From the NCBI RefSeq assembly GCF_006345805.1, contig NC_043000.1, positions 7,378,001 through 7,442,000 of the forward strand: 64,000 bases of DNA. The letters run 5' to 3'. Shown piece after piece: positions 13,977 to 26,515 of the stretch. The notes below the pieces were generated by a model. The model had not been told where the DNA came from. It made no database searches and saw only the letters and a program-made list of their open reading frames with translations. The stretch is from Octopus sinensis. Taxonomy: Eukaryota. Position numbers and translations under genes: made by a program. Numbering within the stretch: the first letter of the stretch is position 1; the number at the start of each line of letters is the position of its first letter.

Positions 13977-14210
13977 TAGTGGCTGTCAACCATTTTTCAC
14001 TTATGGACCCTTTTGATCCCTATTTTACTAAGGCAAGGAGGTCCCTCATAGCCATTCAATGTCTAAAAACCCCTATTACTTTTTTATGATTAAATATGTT
14101 TAGGAATTGTATAGAGAAAGGTGTAAATGTTTTGTGTATTGCATAAAAATTTTAACAAAATCTTATTTAGAACCCCCAAGGGCAATATGAACCCCGGTTG
14201 AGAACCACTG
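13977..14210. mobile_element. hAT (Charlie-like) MITE
   Basis: TIRs TAGTGGCTGTCAACC and GGTTGAGAACCACTG (12/15 match). The 8-bp flanks CTCTAGAA and ATATAGAA resemble the NTCTAGAN target of hAT-Charlie elements. Confidence 0.7.
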
Positions 14211-15099
14211 ATATAGAACCATCAAAGTCACTACAAATACTTGGCCTTACTATCACTGATGATTTCTTTTGGAAGATCACATTGCTAAAACTGCACCCAA
14301 AATACTAAACTCCTTTGGAATTGGAAAATATTTTAGCTGTGATTAGATGCTGAAAATCTACAAAGCTTAAATGTGATCAGTATTTGAAAGCTATCCATAT
14401 ATGCATCTGAAATGGTAATGATGCTTCTCTCTCTCTCTCTCCCGCTTCCTCTCTCTGATACATAGAATATCCAGCTGATAAGCAAAGACTTTCAATCCAG
14501 GCATTGGCTTACTATCACTACTACAACAACTTCTGCTTCTCTAAACTAGCATGCAACACACCATTGCAACCCAAGCTCATTCATGCCATCTCCACCTTAA
14601 ATAACCATCTTCTTTCACCATACCTGACATTATTCCTGCCTATGTTTTTTGCTCAGGCATCAGATTCCAACAAGGAATCCTCAACCACATCAGGCATAAA
14701 GGTTTGCATAGACCATAGGCAACACATCCCATTCTTTATCTAAAAGATAATTATAAAGTCAACAGCTAACATAACAGCACTAATTCTGGAAATGAGTTTC
14801 TGCTAGAAATAGCAGTCAAAGACTGTAAGGGCTCTCTTTGAATTCACCTTACTGTCTTAAAAAAAAACATCAACATAAAAACAAGGTCTCGTTGGATGGT
14901 ATGATCCTTGATACACCAGACTAAAATAAAAGGTGGGATGTGCATGGCTGAAGCATGCTAGGATATACAGTTTTTCCTTTCTTTGACCTCCTTGGACCAA
15001 ATAAAAAGTAACTTTGATGTGCAGGATCTAGTAACCACTCCTAAGTATTTGATCTGTGATCAGGACTCAAACTTGCATGGACAGAATTAACTTAAACTA

Positions 15100-15560
15100 T
15101 TCAATGAGGCACACTATGATGTCCTTAGTAAAATCATAAAGTATGGCTTAGATGTCTCAGGCTTCCCTTCTCAAGCTCAAGCCAGTGGGGTTAGACCAAG
15201 GGGATGGTGAAAGGCCTGACTCTGCCAATTTTCCTGTTCCATGGTGGTAAGCCCCCATCTAGGATGTCACATGCTGTGACACCTTCAGTGGCAACTTGGT
15301 GTGTTCAGTTACCAGTCCAGGCTCTGCTGCTTGTCAGCTTGAGAAAAGCAAACTGTCAAAGTATCAGTTGTTCTCTGGCAGGTTTATGGTTGGGCCTGTG
15401 GCAGTGGAGACCTCTGGCATTCTCAACCCCTGGACCATATCACCTCTATTGGGAAGGAGATGACTATCTGCAAGTGCATGCCCCATGAGTCAGAGTGGCT
15501 GTTCCAGTACATCTCCCTCCTCATCTTCAGGGACAATGCCTTTTCCATTTTGTCTGCTGG
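15100..15560 (+). mobile_element. Degraded CRE-like (restriction-like endonuclease) non-LTR retrotransposon, C-terminal fragment
   Basis: Frameshifted translation gives RH..DVLSKIIKYGLDVSGFPS, PVGLDQGDGERPD, (W)DVTCCDTF, PVAVETSG and EWLFQ..SL.I.R(G)NA. These are the motif series of CRE-clade RLE domains. Confidence 0.65.
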
Positions 15561-16579
15561 GACCATGAAGCTGTCTGAATTACAGGAAATTGAGAGAATG
15601 TAAGAATTTTGTTGCTTTATTCTTTTTTTCCCCCCTTTTCAGAATGATCATGATAATATACTAACATAAAGTAAACTTAAAAAACATGTTTTTTAACTAA
15701 GCTAAAATAAAAAAAACAGCAGTTGCAGTGGGTGATTTATTCTTTGCCCACTCAATAAAACTGCCAGTGTGACTCTGATGTCAGTTTATATTTAGAATAT
15801 AAATGCAGAAGCATTGAGAAATATGTAGATAAGTAATTTAAAGATGTAATTTGAAGGAAATTCAGTTGTAAATAATAGCTTGTAATAATATATTGGGTTC
15901 TTAGAGGCATTTCGTCTGCCTTTGTGTTCTGAGTTGAAATTCTGCAGAAGTTGACTTTGCCTTTCATTCTTTTGAGGTCGATCAAATAAGTCCAAGTCAA
16001 GGACGAGGGGTCAATGTAATCGACTTACTCCCTCCCCTGATATTATTGGCCTTGTGCTAAAATGTGAAACCATTAATATATTGGGTTAAATCACTTTGAT
16101 TGGGAAAAAAAAATGACCGAAAGTTTGTGGCTTTTGAGTAGACTTGGATTTGGTTGATATAAACTGAAAGAAGCCCATCATTTGTGTGCGTGTTTGTGCA
16201 GCCCTGTTTTGACATTGCATGATAGTTGTAATTGAATGTCACTGTCATAAAAGTAATGTCGTTTGTTTCCAATTTTCCATGATAACATGTCTAGTCATGG
16301 GAAAATATTACCTTGGTTACAAGCAAGTAAGGATTGGTGACAGGAAGGGCATCCAACTGTAGAAAATCTTCCCCAGCAGATTCTGTCTGATCCATACAAG
16401 CATTGAAAAGTGAACATTCGAATGATTGTGATGATTATATTACAAGATCATAGATTTAGTTTTGGGGAACAGTATGTAGGAATTGAACCTGTATGGCAGC
16501 CTTTGTTTCCTGTATCATTATCTGCTCATGAACTATGGGTTCCTGCCCCTGACTTCATCTATGTAGAGCTAAAAAGACT

Positions 16580-16717
16580 GAGCCAGTAAATAGTGTTGTT
16601 GTTTCTTGATCAGGTCATTCTTGATCAAGCAGGCCTTTCATCAAAGATGTTCTCGCTTTAACCATCCCTTCTTTATTTAGAAGTAATATCAGACTGTTAT
16701 ATGATGTGTTGTTGTTG

Positions 16718-16780
<63 letters not shown>

Positions 16781-18377
16781 TGTTTTCCATACTGACATTG
16801 GTTGGACAGCTTGACAGGAACTGGCAAGGACAGTGACTGCAGCAGGTTCCATAATCCATTTTGGCTTGGTTTCTATGGTTGGATGCCCTTCCTAATGTCA
16901 ATCACTTTACAGAGTGTATTGGGTGCTTTTTATGTGGCCCCTTGGTTTTAGGGTTTCAATTATTCCTTTTATTTTTTCCAAGACAGTATGGTGTAAGGAG
17001 AAGGAAAATTGACTGCTATTTCCTGGACGTCAAATACCCCATTCTCGTTTTTGATCAGTAGACCAAATTTCTTGACTAGTTTAACATCCGCACTTGACCC
17101 TTGGGTACCTTCAGCAGAGTCCTCTCTGCTGCAAGTCCCTTCTATTTAACCAAGTTTCTGTTCTGAGGACAAGTTCCTGTCCTTTTGCCAGTCACTGAGC
17201 CCTTGCAAAGGATCATAGGGGTCTACCCTTTTGCCTTTCACTAGCCCCTTAAAAATCATCTTGATTGTATTTCACTGCATCTAATGAAAATAACTTTAGC
17301 TCATCTGCCGATTTTAGACACTAAATAGCTTATTGAACAACGTGTATATATAAACAAACTTACATTTGTTTTTATTAGAAGCATTGAATGGGTATTGTAC
17401 GATACAAACAAGGAGGTAATTTACCCATTATTTCAGCAGTTCTAACGGCAATGCTGTGTTCGAAACAAATATCACCTTGTTTGTATCATACATTGCTGCT
17501 GCTTTACTGTCATGTCGCTTCACACCTCTAACTTGTACATCACACTGTCCATTCTTAGTTGATTCCCTTCTTTATTCTATACACTCACGCAATGCTTATG
17601 AAGTTCCAGCCCTAAATTAGATTGTGTATAACTTGGGTATAGAATATGTACACTCTAAGTTGGAATATAAACTGTCCTATAGGGGTCATATTTTTGACAT
17701 CACAAGGCTTTACACTCTGATACTCAGTACTTTGCTTTCTCTCTCTCTCAAGTTTTATCAAAAGTAATGCTGTGAAGAAAATAAATAAAAGATAAATGGC
17801 TAGAAGAAATAAGGGAAAAAAATCAAGAAATATGTATGCAGGTACATGTTTACAGAAGCTTACATAGAGATATGTGCAGATTTTTACCATCTTTAAAAAT
17901 GTTTCTTTTGGTGTAGATGATGCAAAAATGTATGAAAATACAATGAAAAAATAGATGACTTCAAGGAATAACAGTGTAAAATTTCAGTTGTGAAACAGAT
18001 TTCCATATCTGAAGATCTTTTCTAAGTACATGTGTTTAGATGGAAACTTTTAGTATTTATTTAGTAGTAACTCTTATTTATTAAATTAAACTAGATATTC
18101 TATTAGCACAAATCCCAAATAGAAAATTATGTACACAGAACCACCCCTGGGAACTGAACCAAACATCTGCTGCAAATCCAGACAACACTACACTGATTCG
18201 CCAACACTACACCTGATTTTCTCCCCTCCATACTCACGCAAACATGTATCTGACTCATACACTGTTCACTTTCCAGACATTTCTACATTACTACATATAA
18301 ATTATACACACTTTTAACAAGTTGTGGTGCACCTGAGCACTGTATACAATAATTTCATTATTATTTTATTATTATAA
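16580..18377 (+). repeat. Copy A of a roughly 1.8-kb inverted duplication (partner 54789-57088)
   Basis: Near-identical reverse complement. The ORF track shows mirrored ORFs (17612..17890- vs 55109..55387+; 16861..17061+ vs 55938..56138-). Confidence 0.97.
18195..18372 (+). mobile_element. CR1-like LINE 3' UTR fragment with (ATT)n tail
   Basis: Matches 32000-32135, the 3' UTR that follows the CR1-type ORF2 end. Confidence 0.7.
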
Positions 18378-18994
18378 ATTTTATAGACTGCATAAGCACA
18401 AATCTAACTGGAAATAATTGTGCCCATGGAATTGAACCACACATACACAAGCAATAGGCTTCTGCACAGTTTCCCCTTCAACAAAATTTCACTCACAAAG
18501 CATTGGTTAACACAAGTCTTGTTGAAGACAACTTGCCCAATGAACCACTCAGAGCTGTGGGGTTGTGTGAAGTGAACTTATTAATCATGTAACCATGACA
18601 GTATCTAATTTTCCAGTTGCTCTCCCAGAAATTTTGTTATTTTTGTGTTCAGTGAAGTTCTTTTTAAAAGATATATTTCTAACAAATTATGTTTGCAAAC
18701 ACTTTAAGACATCTATTAGTTATGTCAGTGGATTAATAGCTACATACATTGCAAACACTTATTGCACTTTTGATATTCTTTTCTACTCTAGGCACAAGGC
18801 CCAAAATTTTGGGGGAGGCGGGGGGCGCAGTCGATTAGATCGATCCCAGTACGCAACTGGTACTTAATTTATCAACCCCAAAAGAATGAAAAACAATGTT
18901 GACCTCAGCAGAATTATACCGCTAAGCATTTTGCCTAACATGCTAACGTTTGTGCCAGCTCATCACCTTCTTGCATTTTTAATCTGAAGAACAT

Positions 18995-19195
18995 GAAGAT
19001 GGTGAGTTGGCAGAATCCTTAATGGCATTTCGTCTGTCCTTACGTTCTGAGTTCAAATTCTGCCAAGGTGGACTTTGCTTTTCATTCTTTCGAGGTTGAT
19101 AAAATAAGTACCAGTTGGACACTGAGGTCAATGTAATTGACTTCCCTCTTCTCCCCCAAATTGCTGGCATTGTACCAAAATTTGAAATCAATTTA
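18995..19195 (+). mobile_element. tRNA-derived SINE, family A
   Basis: GGTGAGTTGGCAGAATC head, GAGTTCAAATTC B-box and family core. Confidence 0.8.
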
Positions 19196-20663
19196 GAACA
19201 ATATACTTTTAACATTTAGTTTATATGAAGAAGTAATGGGGAAAAAGAAATGGAATTACCACTGAAATTCTAGATTACAATTGGTTAAACGTGGAGTAAT
19301 TATTCTGTTGTTTACTTTGAATGCAGTTTTCTAAAATTCCCATAAGGACACCCAATTTTGGAAGGAGTATGTGATTGATTAATCAAACATATTACGGAGA
19401 AGTATTTGCATTGATCTGAGATTGTGTGCTGGAACAAAAATAATTGCAGCATAGAAGGTGCTTATAAGCCATTTAAGAAACACACAAAACCGTTAGATTC
19501 ACTTCAACATTTAAATTTAATTTGTCAAAATACTTTTGTCACTTTGAGACCGCAACCTGTTCACTGACAAAACTTTGTGCTGCATCACAAAGTTTTGTTG
19601 TAATCAAACATATTCCTTGACTAATGCTTTATTTTATTGACTCCCTGGAAGGATGAATGCTAAAGTTGATCCTGATGTAATTTTAGTTCAGAACATAATG
19701 GCTCTGCAATTAAATCCTCCAAAACACTTTGTTCAATGTTTTCAAAATTCTTTCTGTTGATTACTTTCCTAACCTTGCCTTTCAATAACTGTGTAGAACG
19801 TTTGAGAAGTGACTGCTACTCAAGGGAGGCAACTGTAACTTTTTCTGATATTTAATAATCAATGAATTTTCTTTATGCAAAAGATTAATAGGGACCTGTA
19901 AGTTCTGTTTAATTTTTAAAAATAACATTTTCATAATTTCAGAATAGATTAAGCATAGATAAATGTAGCAAGTGCATTCATATATGTAAAAACATACTCA
20001 TTTAACTAGTGACTGTGAACCTCACTAGTTAAATGAAGATAAAATAATGTCACGCAAATTCAGTGATGATCTATCCATTACTGTTAGAGAAAACATGTTA
20101 TTGCATAATCAACATGAGCTTCCTATAAGGGTTACTTCAAGGAACCTTCATTATTTTTTTTATATACATATATGTTGAAGAAATTTTAAGATTTTTACTT
20201 TCTTGCTGATTTCTTTGTGTTTATTTATTTTTGCAAATTCAGTCACCATAGGCCAAACTATTGGCTGGAGATAAAAGCAATTAATTCTCAAAATAAAATT
20301 CTAGGCTTCATTGATTTATAATATGATTGATACCTACTTAAATGATACTGTACTATACTTGTATACTGTGTAGTAATGTGAAATTAATAGAAATGAAAAA
20401 TACACCTAGCACAGGCATAAACTGATTGAAGTAAATTTTTTATCAACTATCCAATAAATTTGTTTCAATTTTTTCCATAAGAAATTATTTTTATGTACAT
20501 ATATATTTATATATTCTTCTTTTCTTTTTATTTTTCTATGCAACTTTATCTTGATTTCAATTTTGCTTTTACTATTTATTATGTTTGCTTTCTATTTATG
20601 TGTCTGTCTGTCTGTCTGTTGTTCAAAAGAACAAAAGGAGTAACCATAATCTTAACAGACCTT

Positions 20664-22596
20664 TCATCATCGTTTAATGTCAGTTTTCTGCGCTAGCACG
20701 GGTTGGACGGTTCGACTGGGGTCCGGGAAGCTAGGGGCTGCACCAGGCTCCAGTCTGATCTGGCAGAGTTTCTACAGCTGGATGCCCTTCCTAACGCCAA
20801 CCACTCCGCGAGTGTAGTGGGTGCATTTTACGTGCCACCTGCACAGGTGCCAGGGGGGTCCGGCATCGGCCACGATCGGTTGGAGCTTTTAACGTGCCAC
20901 CAGCATGGAGGCCAGCCAAGGTGGTGCTGGCAACGGCCACGTTTGGATGGTGCTTTTTATGTGCTACCGGCACAGAAGCCAGTCAAGGCGGCGCTGGCAA
21001 TGGTCACGTTCGGATGATGCTTTTTATGTGCCACCTGCACAGGTATCACAACTACTATTTCCATTGATATTTGTTTTGATGTTCATGTACATGCACTTGA
21101 CTCAACAGGTCTCCTCAAGAACAGCGAGACGTTCCGGGTTCCAGGGTACTTTGAATGGGCAGGGGCTATGCGGAACTGGTGCAGGAAGCAGCCCAGGTCT
21201 TTGCAGTCACAGCATATCTCCAGAGATCTCAGTCCTTCGCCATTGCCTCAGTGAGGCTCAATGCTCTGAGGTCATGCTTGACTACCTCATCCCATGTCTT
21301 CCTGGGTCTACCTCTCCCCCTGATTCCTTCAACTGTTTGGGAGCGGCACTTCTTCACACATCTCTCCTCATCCATCCGCAGTACACGACCATACCATTGC
21401 AAGCGTCGCTCTTGCACACCACATCTGATGCTTCTTATGTCCAGCATTTCTCTCAGGGTGCTTACACTCTGTCGTGCGTGCACACTGACATTACACATCC
21501 AGCGGATCATGCTAGCTTTATTTCTTTCAAGTCTATGCATATCCTCCTTAGTCACAGCCCATGTTTCACTACCGTGAAGCATGGCAGTTCGCACACATGC
21601 ATCATACAATCTACCTTTCATTCTGAGCGAGAGACCCTTTGTCGCCAGTAGGGGTAGGAGCTTTCTGAACTTTGCCCAGGCTATTCGTATTCTAGTGGTG
21701 ACACTCTCCGAGCATCCACCTCCACTACTAACTTGGTCACCCAGGTAGCGGAAACTATCAACTACTTCTAGTTTCTCCCCCTGGAGTGTGATGGAATCTG
21801 TTTTCTGAGTGTCTGTGGTGTCTATTGTCCCTGTGCATCTGCCACACATGAAAGCTATCTTATCAGTTAATTTCCCTTTGATGTTGCTGCACCTCTTATG
21901 CGTCCATAGCTTACACTGGGTGCATCTTATGGAGTTTCTACCTACACCTTTCCTACAGATCGAGCAGGGCCACCTGCCCGATGGGGTGTGTGCTGAGTTC
22001 GCCTTTCTGCTTACTATAACTTTGGTCTTTGCTACATTTACTCTAAGGCCCTTTGATTCTAACCCTTGCTTCCACACCCGAAATTTCTTTTCTAGTTCCG
22101 GTAGTGATTCTGCTATAAGAGCCAGGTCATCAGCATAGAGGAGCTCCCAGGGGCATCCTGTTTTGAATTCCTCTGTTATTGTCTGGAGGACTATGATGAA
22201 TAAAAGGGGACTGAGGGCTGAGCCTTGGTGTGCACCTACTTCTACCCGGAATTCTTCACTATATTCGTTGCCAATCCTAACCTTGCTGACAGCCTCTCTG
22301 TATAGAGCCTGTACAGCCCTTATTAGCCATTCGTCAATCTCCAGTTTCTGCATCGACCACCAGATAATGGATCGGGGAACCCTGTCAAAGGCTTTCTCCA
22401 AGTCCACAAAAGCTATGTAGAGGGGTTTATCTTTAGCTAGGTACTTCTCCTGCAGTTGTCGGACCAGGAATATAGCATCAGTGGTGCTTCTACCCGGCAC
22501 AAAACCGAACTGCATCTCATCTAAGCAAATTCTCTCCCTAATGAGATGGGATTATGACCCTCTCTGTGACCTTCATCACCTGATCTAACAGTAATT
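20664..22596 (-). mobile_element. 5'-truncated RTE-clade LINE with a nearly intact reverse transcriptase (ORF 21229..22515, 428 aa)
   Basis: RT motifs FVDLEKAFDRV, QGSALSP and YADD; RTE C-terminus RGRGRPRKTW; (GAT)n tail at 20664. A +1 frameshift lies just upstream of MQFGF, and a TGA near the C-terminus is probably decayed from CGA. Confidence 0.93.
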
Positions 22597-25309
22597 CCAC
22601 CCAGAAGCTTCTGCGCATATTTAAATTTTCATTAAGCTAAGAATCTAAAGGAGATTAACAAAGTCAGAAGAAATCAACCAGACTTGGTAGTAATTGTTGA
22701 AAGCTGAAGTTCTCCCAGGCCAAAACTTTGACTCTCAACCTTTTGAAATGAATATATTTTAATCTGCCATGCATTTGCAAAGTTAGGTTCAAGTCGATCT
22801 CCACTTCTCGATGGACACCTCTGTATCATTGGATTTGTGTCTAGTCTGAAGAAATCAGTTTCACTAAGCTGTTGATTAAAAGAGATTGAGTGATTATTTG
22901 TGATAAGTGCTGTCAAGGAAGTTCCTTGGCATTGCCTTGTATATGACCTTGGTTGTAGCCACCACATCTTGTTTCTAAGCTTTCATGTGAACTGTTTTAT
23001 TTTATAGATAGAATTTATGAAGTTTCAAACTGATGTAGCATAATTTTCTACTTGCGTATATAGTTTAATTATTATTAAATATCTTCTGAATAGATTACCT
23101 GTAAACAAAGACTTTTTGAAGTAATATTCAAACTTAAAACCGTGACTAATTTTTAACAAGAACATATGGTATTGGTGTCCGTATGTAATCTGTGAAGTAA
23201 AAATAACAATAGTAACAACTGTTTTTAATTTAGGCATGAGGCTAACAGCTTTGAGGAGAAATGGTTAGTCTATACCATTGACCTCAGTATTTGACTTGTG
23301 CTTCATTTTATTGACCCTGTAGAGATAAAAAGTGAAGTTGACTATGGCAGGATTTGAACTCAGAAAGTAAAGTTGAAAGAAACACCACAAAGCATTTTGC
23401 TTGACACTCTGATCCCACTTGCTCGCTGGCTTAATAACAACAACAATGACGGCATTTTAGTTTAGTCACATTGAAGAAGGGATACAGCCATTGCACTTGC
23501 AAGCTCTTCCAGATTGGTTTGGCCATTACAGTTGACATTCAGCTTGAATTCTGTTGCTGATATTTAGGGGGTTTACTGGGAAGATAATGCTGTTTTGGGC
23601 CAAGTGCTTAGCACAGGATCTGACAGCTAAAACACTGTTAGGATAAAGAAGGAGAGGTGGGTGCATCAAAGGGTTTAGGTATGGTTCACAGAGGTGTAGA
23701 AACGTTTAGAAGAAATACAATTGTGCACACAGCTTGTTAGTTTATTGGTTGTTATTGTGTGTTGGTTAGTGAACACTTGCTTATTATGCTTTATAGGATG
23801 TGAAGCTGTTCAGGATTGGGGTAGCTGTTGTTGTTAAGCAACAAGACGTTAAGGGTGATTAGGTGATGGTCTAGAGCTTAGGGGCGGGAGACTCCAGACC
23901 TTGGGGGGAAAAAAAACTTTGGTTGTCTTGTTGTAGCCAAGGGCTCTTCGTTGACGCCCGACACCAGTGGGAGGTGACCCTCGAAGTCACTGGAACTGGA
24001 GATCTCCAAGTCCAGACAGACAGACAGAGGCTATGTGTTACTGCTTTTGGGATTATGCTGTTTTGTCCTTAAAGAAAAAAGGGCCTATACAGTCTTTGTT
24101 TGTGGAAGTCATGCTGGAGGTGTCCTGATTGTGTGCTGCATCTAACAAAGAAAGTAGTTTACCCCTTGTTTAATGGTGATAGCCAAAACATTGTTAGAAA
24201 TGGTCAGCGTGCTGAGCAAAAGTAATTATTATTTCGCACTTGGAAAATTGTGCGTATCATATTGGGACATTCAATGGATTCAGATGGAAAAGGTATGCCT
24301 GGAGTGGATGTGTTCTATGTGCACGTGTGTGCTTTACAGAGCAAAGTTCAATGCCAAATGGAGAGTGAATGTAATGACTTTGTAGGAATATAGCTCATAG
24401 TATCAATGAAGAGAATTCCATGAAGTTTGTTAAGATATTCTTGGCAAGGTCAGACTACATTTAGGAAGTGACAGATGTGACAGTCTATGTTGCATGAAAG
24501 TATCATTTACTCCTCTGATATTGTGCAGATGTTCTGATAGTGTATAGATGCCTCCTAATTGGTGATGGTTTGGTGATTTTCTTCAGGTACTGTGTAACTA
24601 GAGGTGATTTCCTCAGTATTGTTGTACAAACTATTTATATAATAAATGATGTTTGCTTTGTTCTCAAAAAAAAAAGTATAAGTGTTTAATTAAAAATAAA
24701 AATAATTATTTTTTCCTTTTCTTTTTCCTTTATGGCTGTTTATAATAAATTTAATTTAATCAGATTTTTTGGAATATTATCTGTAAAAACTGTTTTATTT
24801 ATTTATTTATTTTTACACAATCTCAAAGCAGTTCTAAATAGAAAAAAACCCAAAAGTTTTCAAGGGGCCGGAATAATTATAATATTTGATATCCAAATTA
24901 TATTTGAAAATTTTCAAGTTTAAGCTAAAACTAATTATTTCAGAACTTGAGCTGTTAGGTTTAATTACATTTAAGTCATGTATCTATCTTTTTTTTTTAA
25001 ACTCATGTTGCTTTCTTTCAATAAATATTCTGATGACAGTTATTTAATCTCAAAACTTATTTCAAAATCTAAATTCAAATCCCTTTGCATTTTTGCAGCA
25101 ATTGCTTCATAATGGTTCTAAAATTAGTTGATCAAATTGAATGACTCATTTTCAAAGACTGCACTCAGTAATCTTTCGACAGAAATTTGTAAAGAGAAGC
25201 AGGAGGGTACCTTTCTTAAAGATCTGATTGAAGGGAAAACAGCTCCTCTGTATAACATTTTAAAAAAATCCTTTAATCCTTTATTTTTTTTTTTTAATTT
25301 TCTTTTTAG

Positions 25310-25348
25310 CTTTTCAGTCAAGACACTCCAACTGGATGGCAAGATTCG
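25310..25348 (+). CDS. HSF1: Heat shock factor 39-nt microexon (LFSQDTPTGWQDS)
   Basis: Long U tract ending tttttag|CTT TTC AGT and donor TCG|gtaata. Phase 0-0. LFS matches the LFSP that starts the exon after HR-C in vertebrate HSF1. Confidence 0.75.
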
Positions 25349-26004
25349 GTAATAAATTTTGTGTTCAGTAGTTTTATTTTCATTTCTAACCCAATTCCTG
25401 CCAAGGCCCTCTTAAAACCTCCACACGCTAATTAATGCTCCTGTAAAAGTTTAGGATTTTATCGTTATTTTATTGTCAGCTTCACTATCATCATTTCATG
25501 GAGTGAAAAATGAACCGGCCACCATTTGAAGATGTCTTGTTTATGTAGTGTATTGTTGAGAGCAAATCCGTTTAGCTGAACCAATCTCTCTCTCTCTGAT
25601 ATCGACAACAACAAGAAACCACAAATGTCTCAAGTAGATGAAATGAAGAAAACTTTAAACATGCCACAGATCCACATTACTACCATTCCACAGCTTGTAA
25701 TGCCTCAGAAAAATCAGCTTTTTTTTTTATCTGATAATTCTGTATAATGTGACCAGCTAAAGATTGGAATGGATATTAAAGAAAGTTGTAGAGTTCACAT
25801 CATCTCATTTCTCCTCTTCTATAAATCTGAGCTCTTTTTGGCTATTGGTATTTATGAAGTCACATATCTTTCAATTTGTGAAGTTAAGTTGATGTGCATC
25901 CTTTCTACCAACATGTGTCAGTCCTTGTTTTGTACATTGAATACATGAGGTAATTCATTATAGAAAACCCACTGGCATCTAGTATTAAATTATTATTATT
26001 ATTA

Positions 26005-26460
26005 TTAAGGCTGTGAGCTGACTGAATCGTTAGTGCACCAGACAAAATACTTAGCGGTATTTTGTCCATCGCTTTGGTCTTAATTCAAATCCCACCAAGG
26101 TCGACTTTACCTTTCATCCCTTCAGGGGTCAATAAAATAAATACCAGTTGAACACTGAGGTTGATGTAATCAACTCATCCCCCTTCCCCAAGATTGCTGC
26201 CCTTGTGGCAAAATTTGAAACCATTATTATTATTACTGTTATTATTAAGGTAGCAAGCTAGCAGAGTTGTTAGCATGCCACACAAAATGCTTAGCAGCAT
26301 TCCCTCTGTCTTTACATTCTGAGTTCAAATTCTGCCGAGGTCAACTTTGCTTTTCATCCTTTCGGGGTCGATAAATTAAGTACCAGTTGCATACTGGTGG
26401 TCAATCTGATCGACTGGCCCCCTTCCCCAAAATTTCAGACTTTGTGCCTATAGGAGAAAG
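26005..26460 (+). mobile_element. Two tandem family-A tRNA SINEs
   Basis: Two successive head, B-box and core modules (about 26005-26225 and 26245-26460). Confidence 0.8.
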
Positions 26461-26462
26461 GA

Positions 26463-26515
<53 letters not shown>

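Noticed and set aside
23400-24150. Possible degraded LINE endonuclease or 5' region
   Set aside because: It looks TE-derived, but I could not recover diagnostic motifs well enough to name it.
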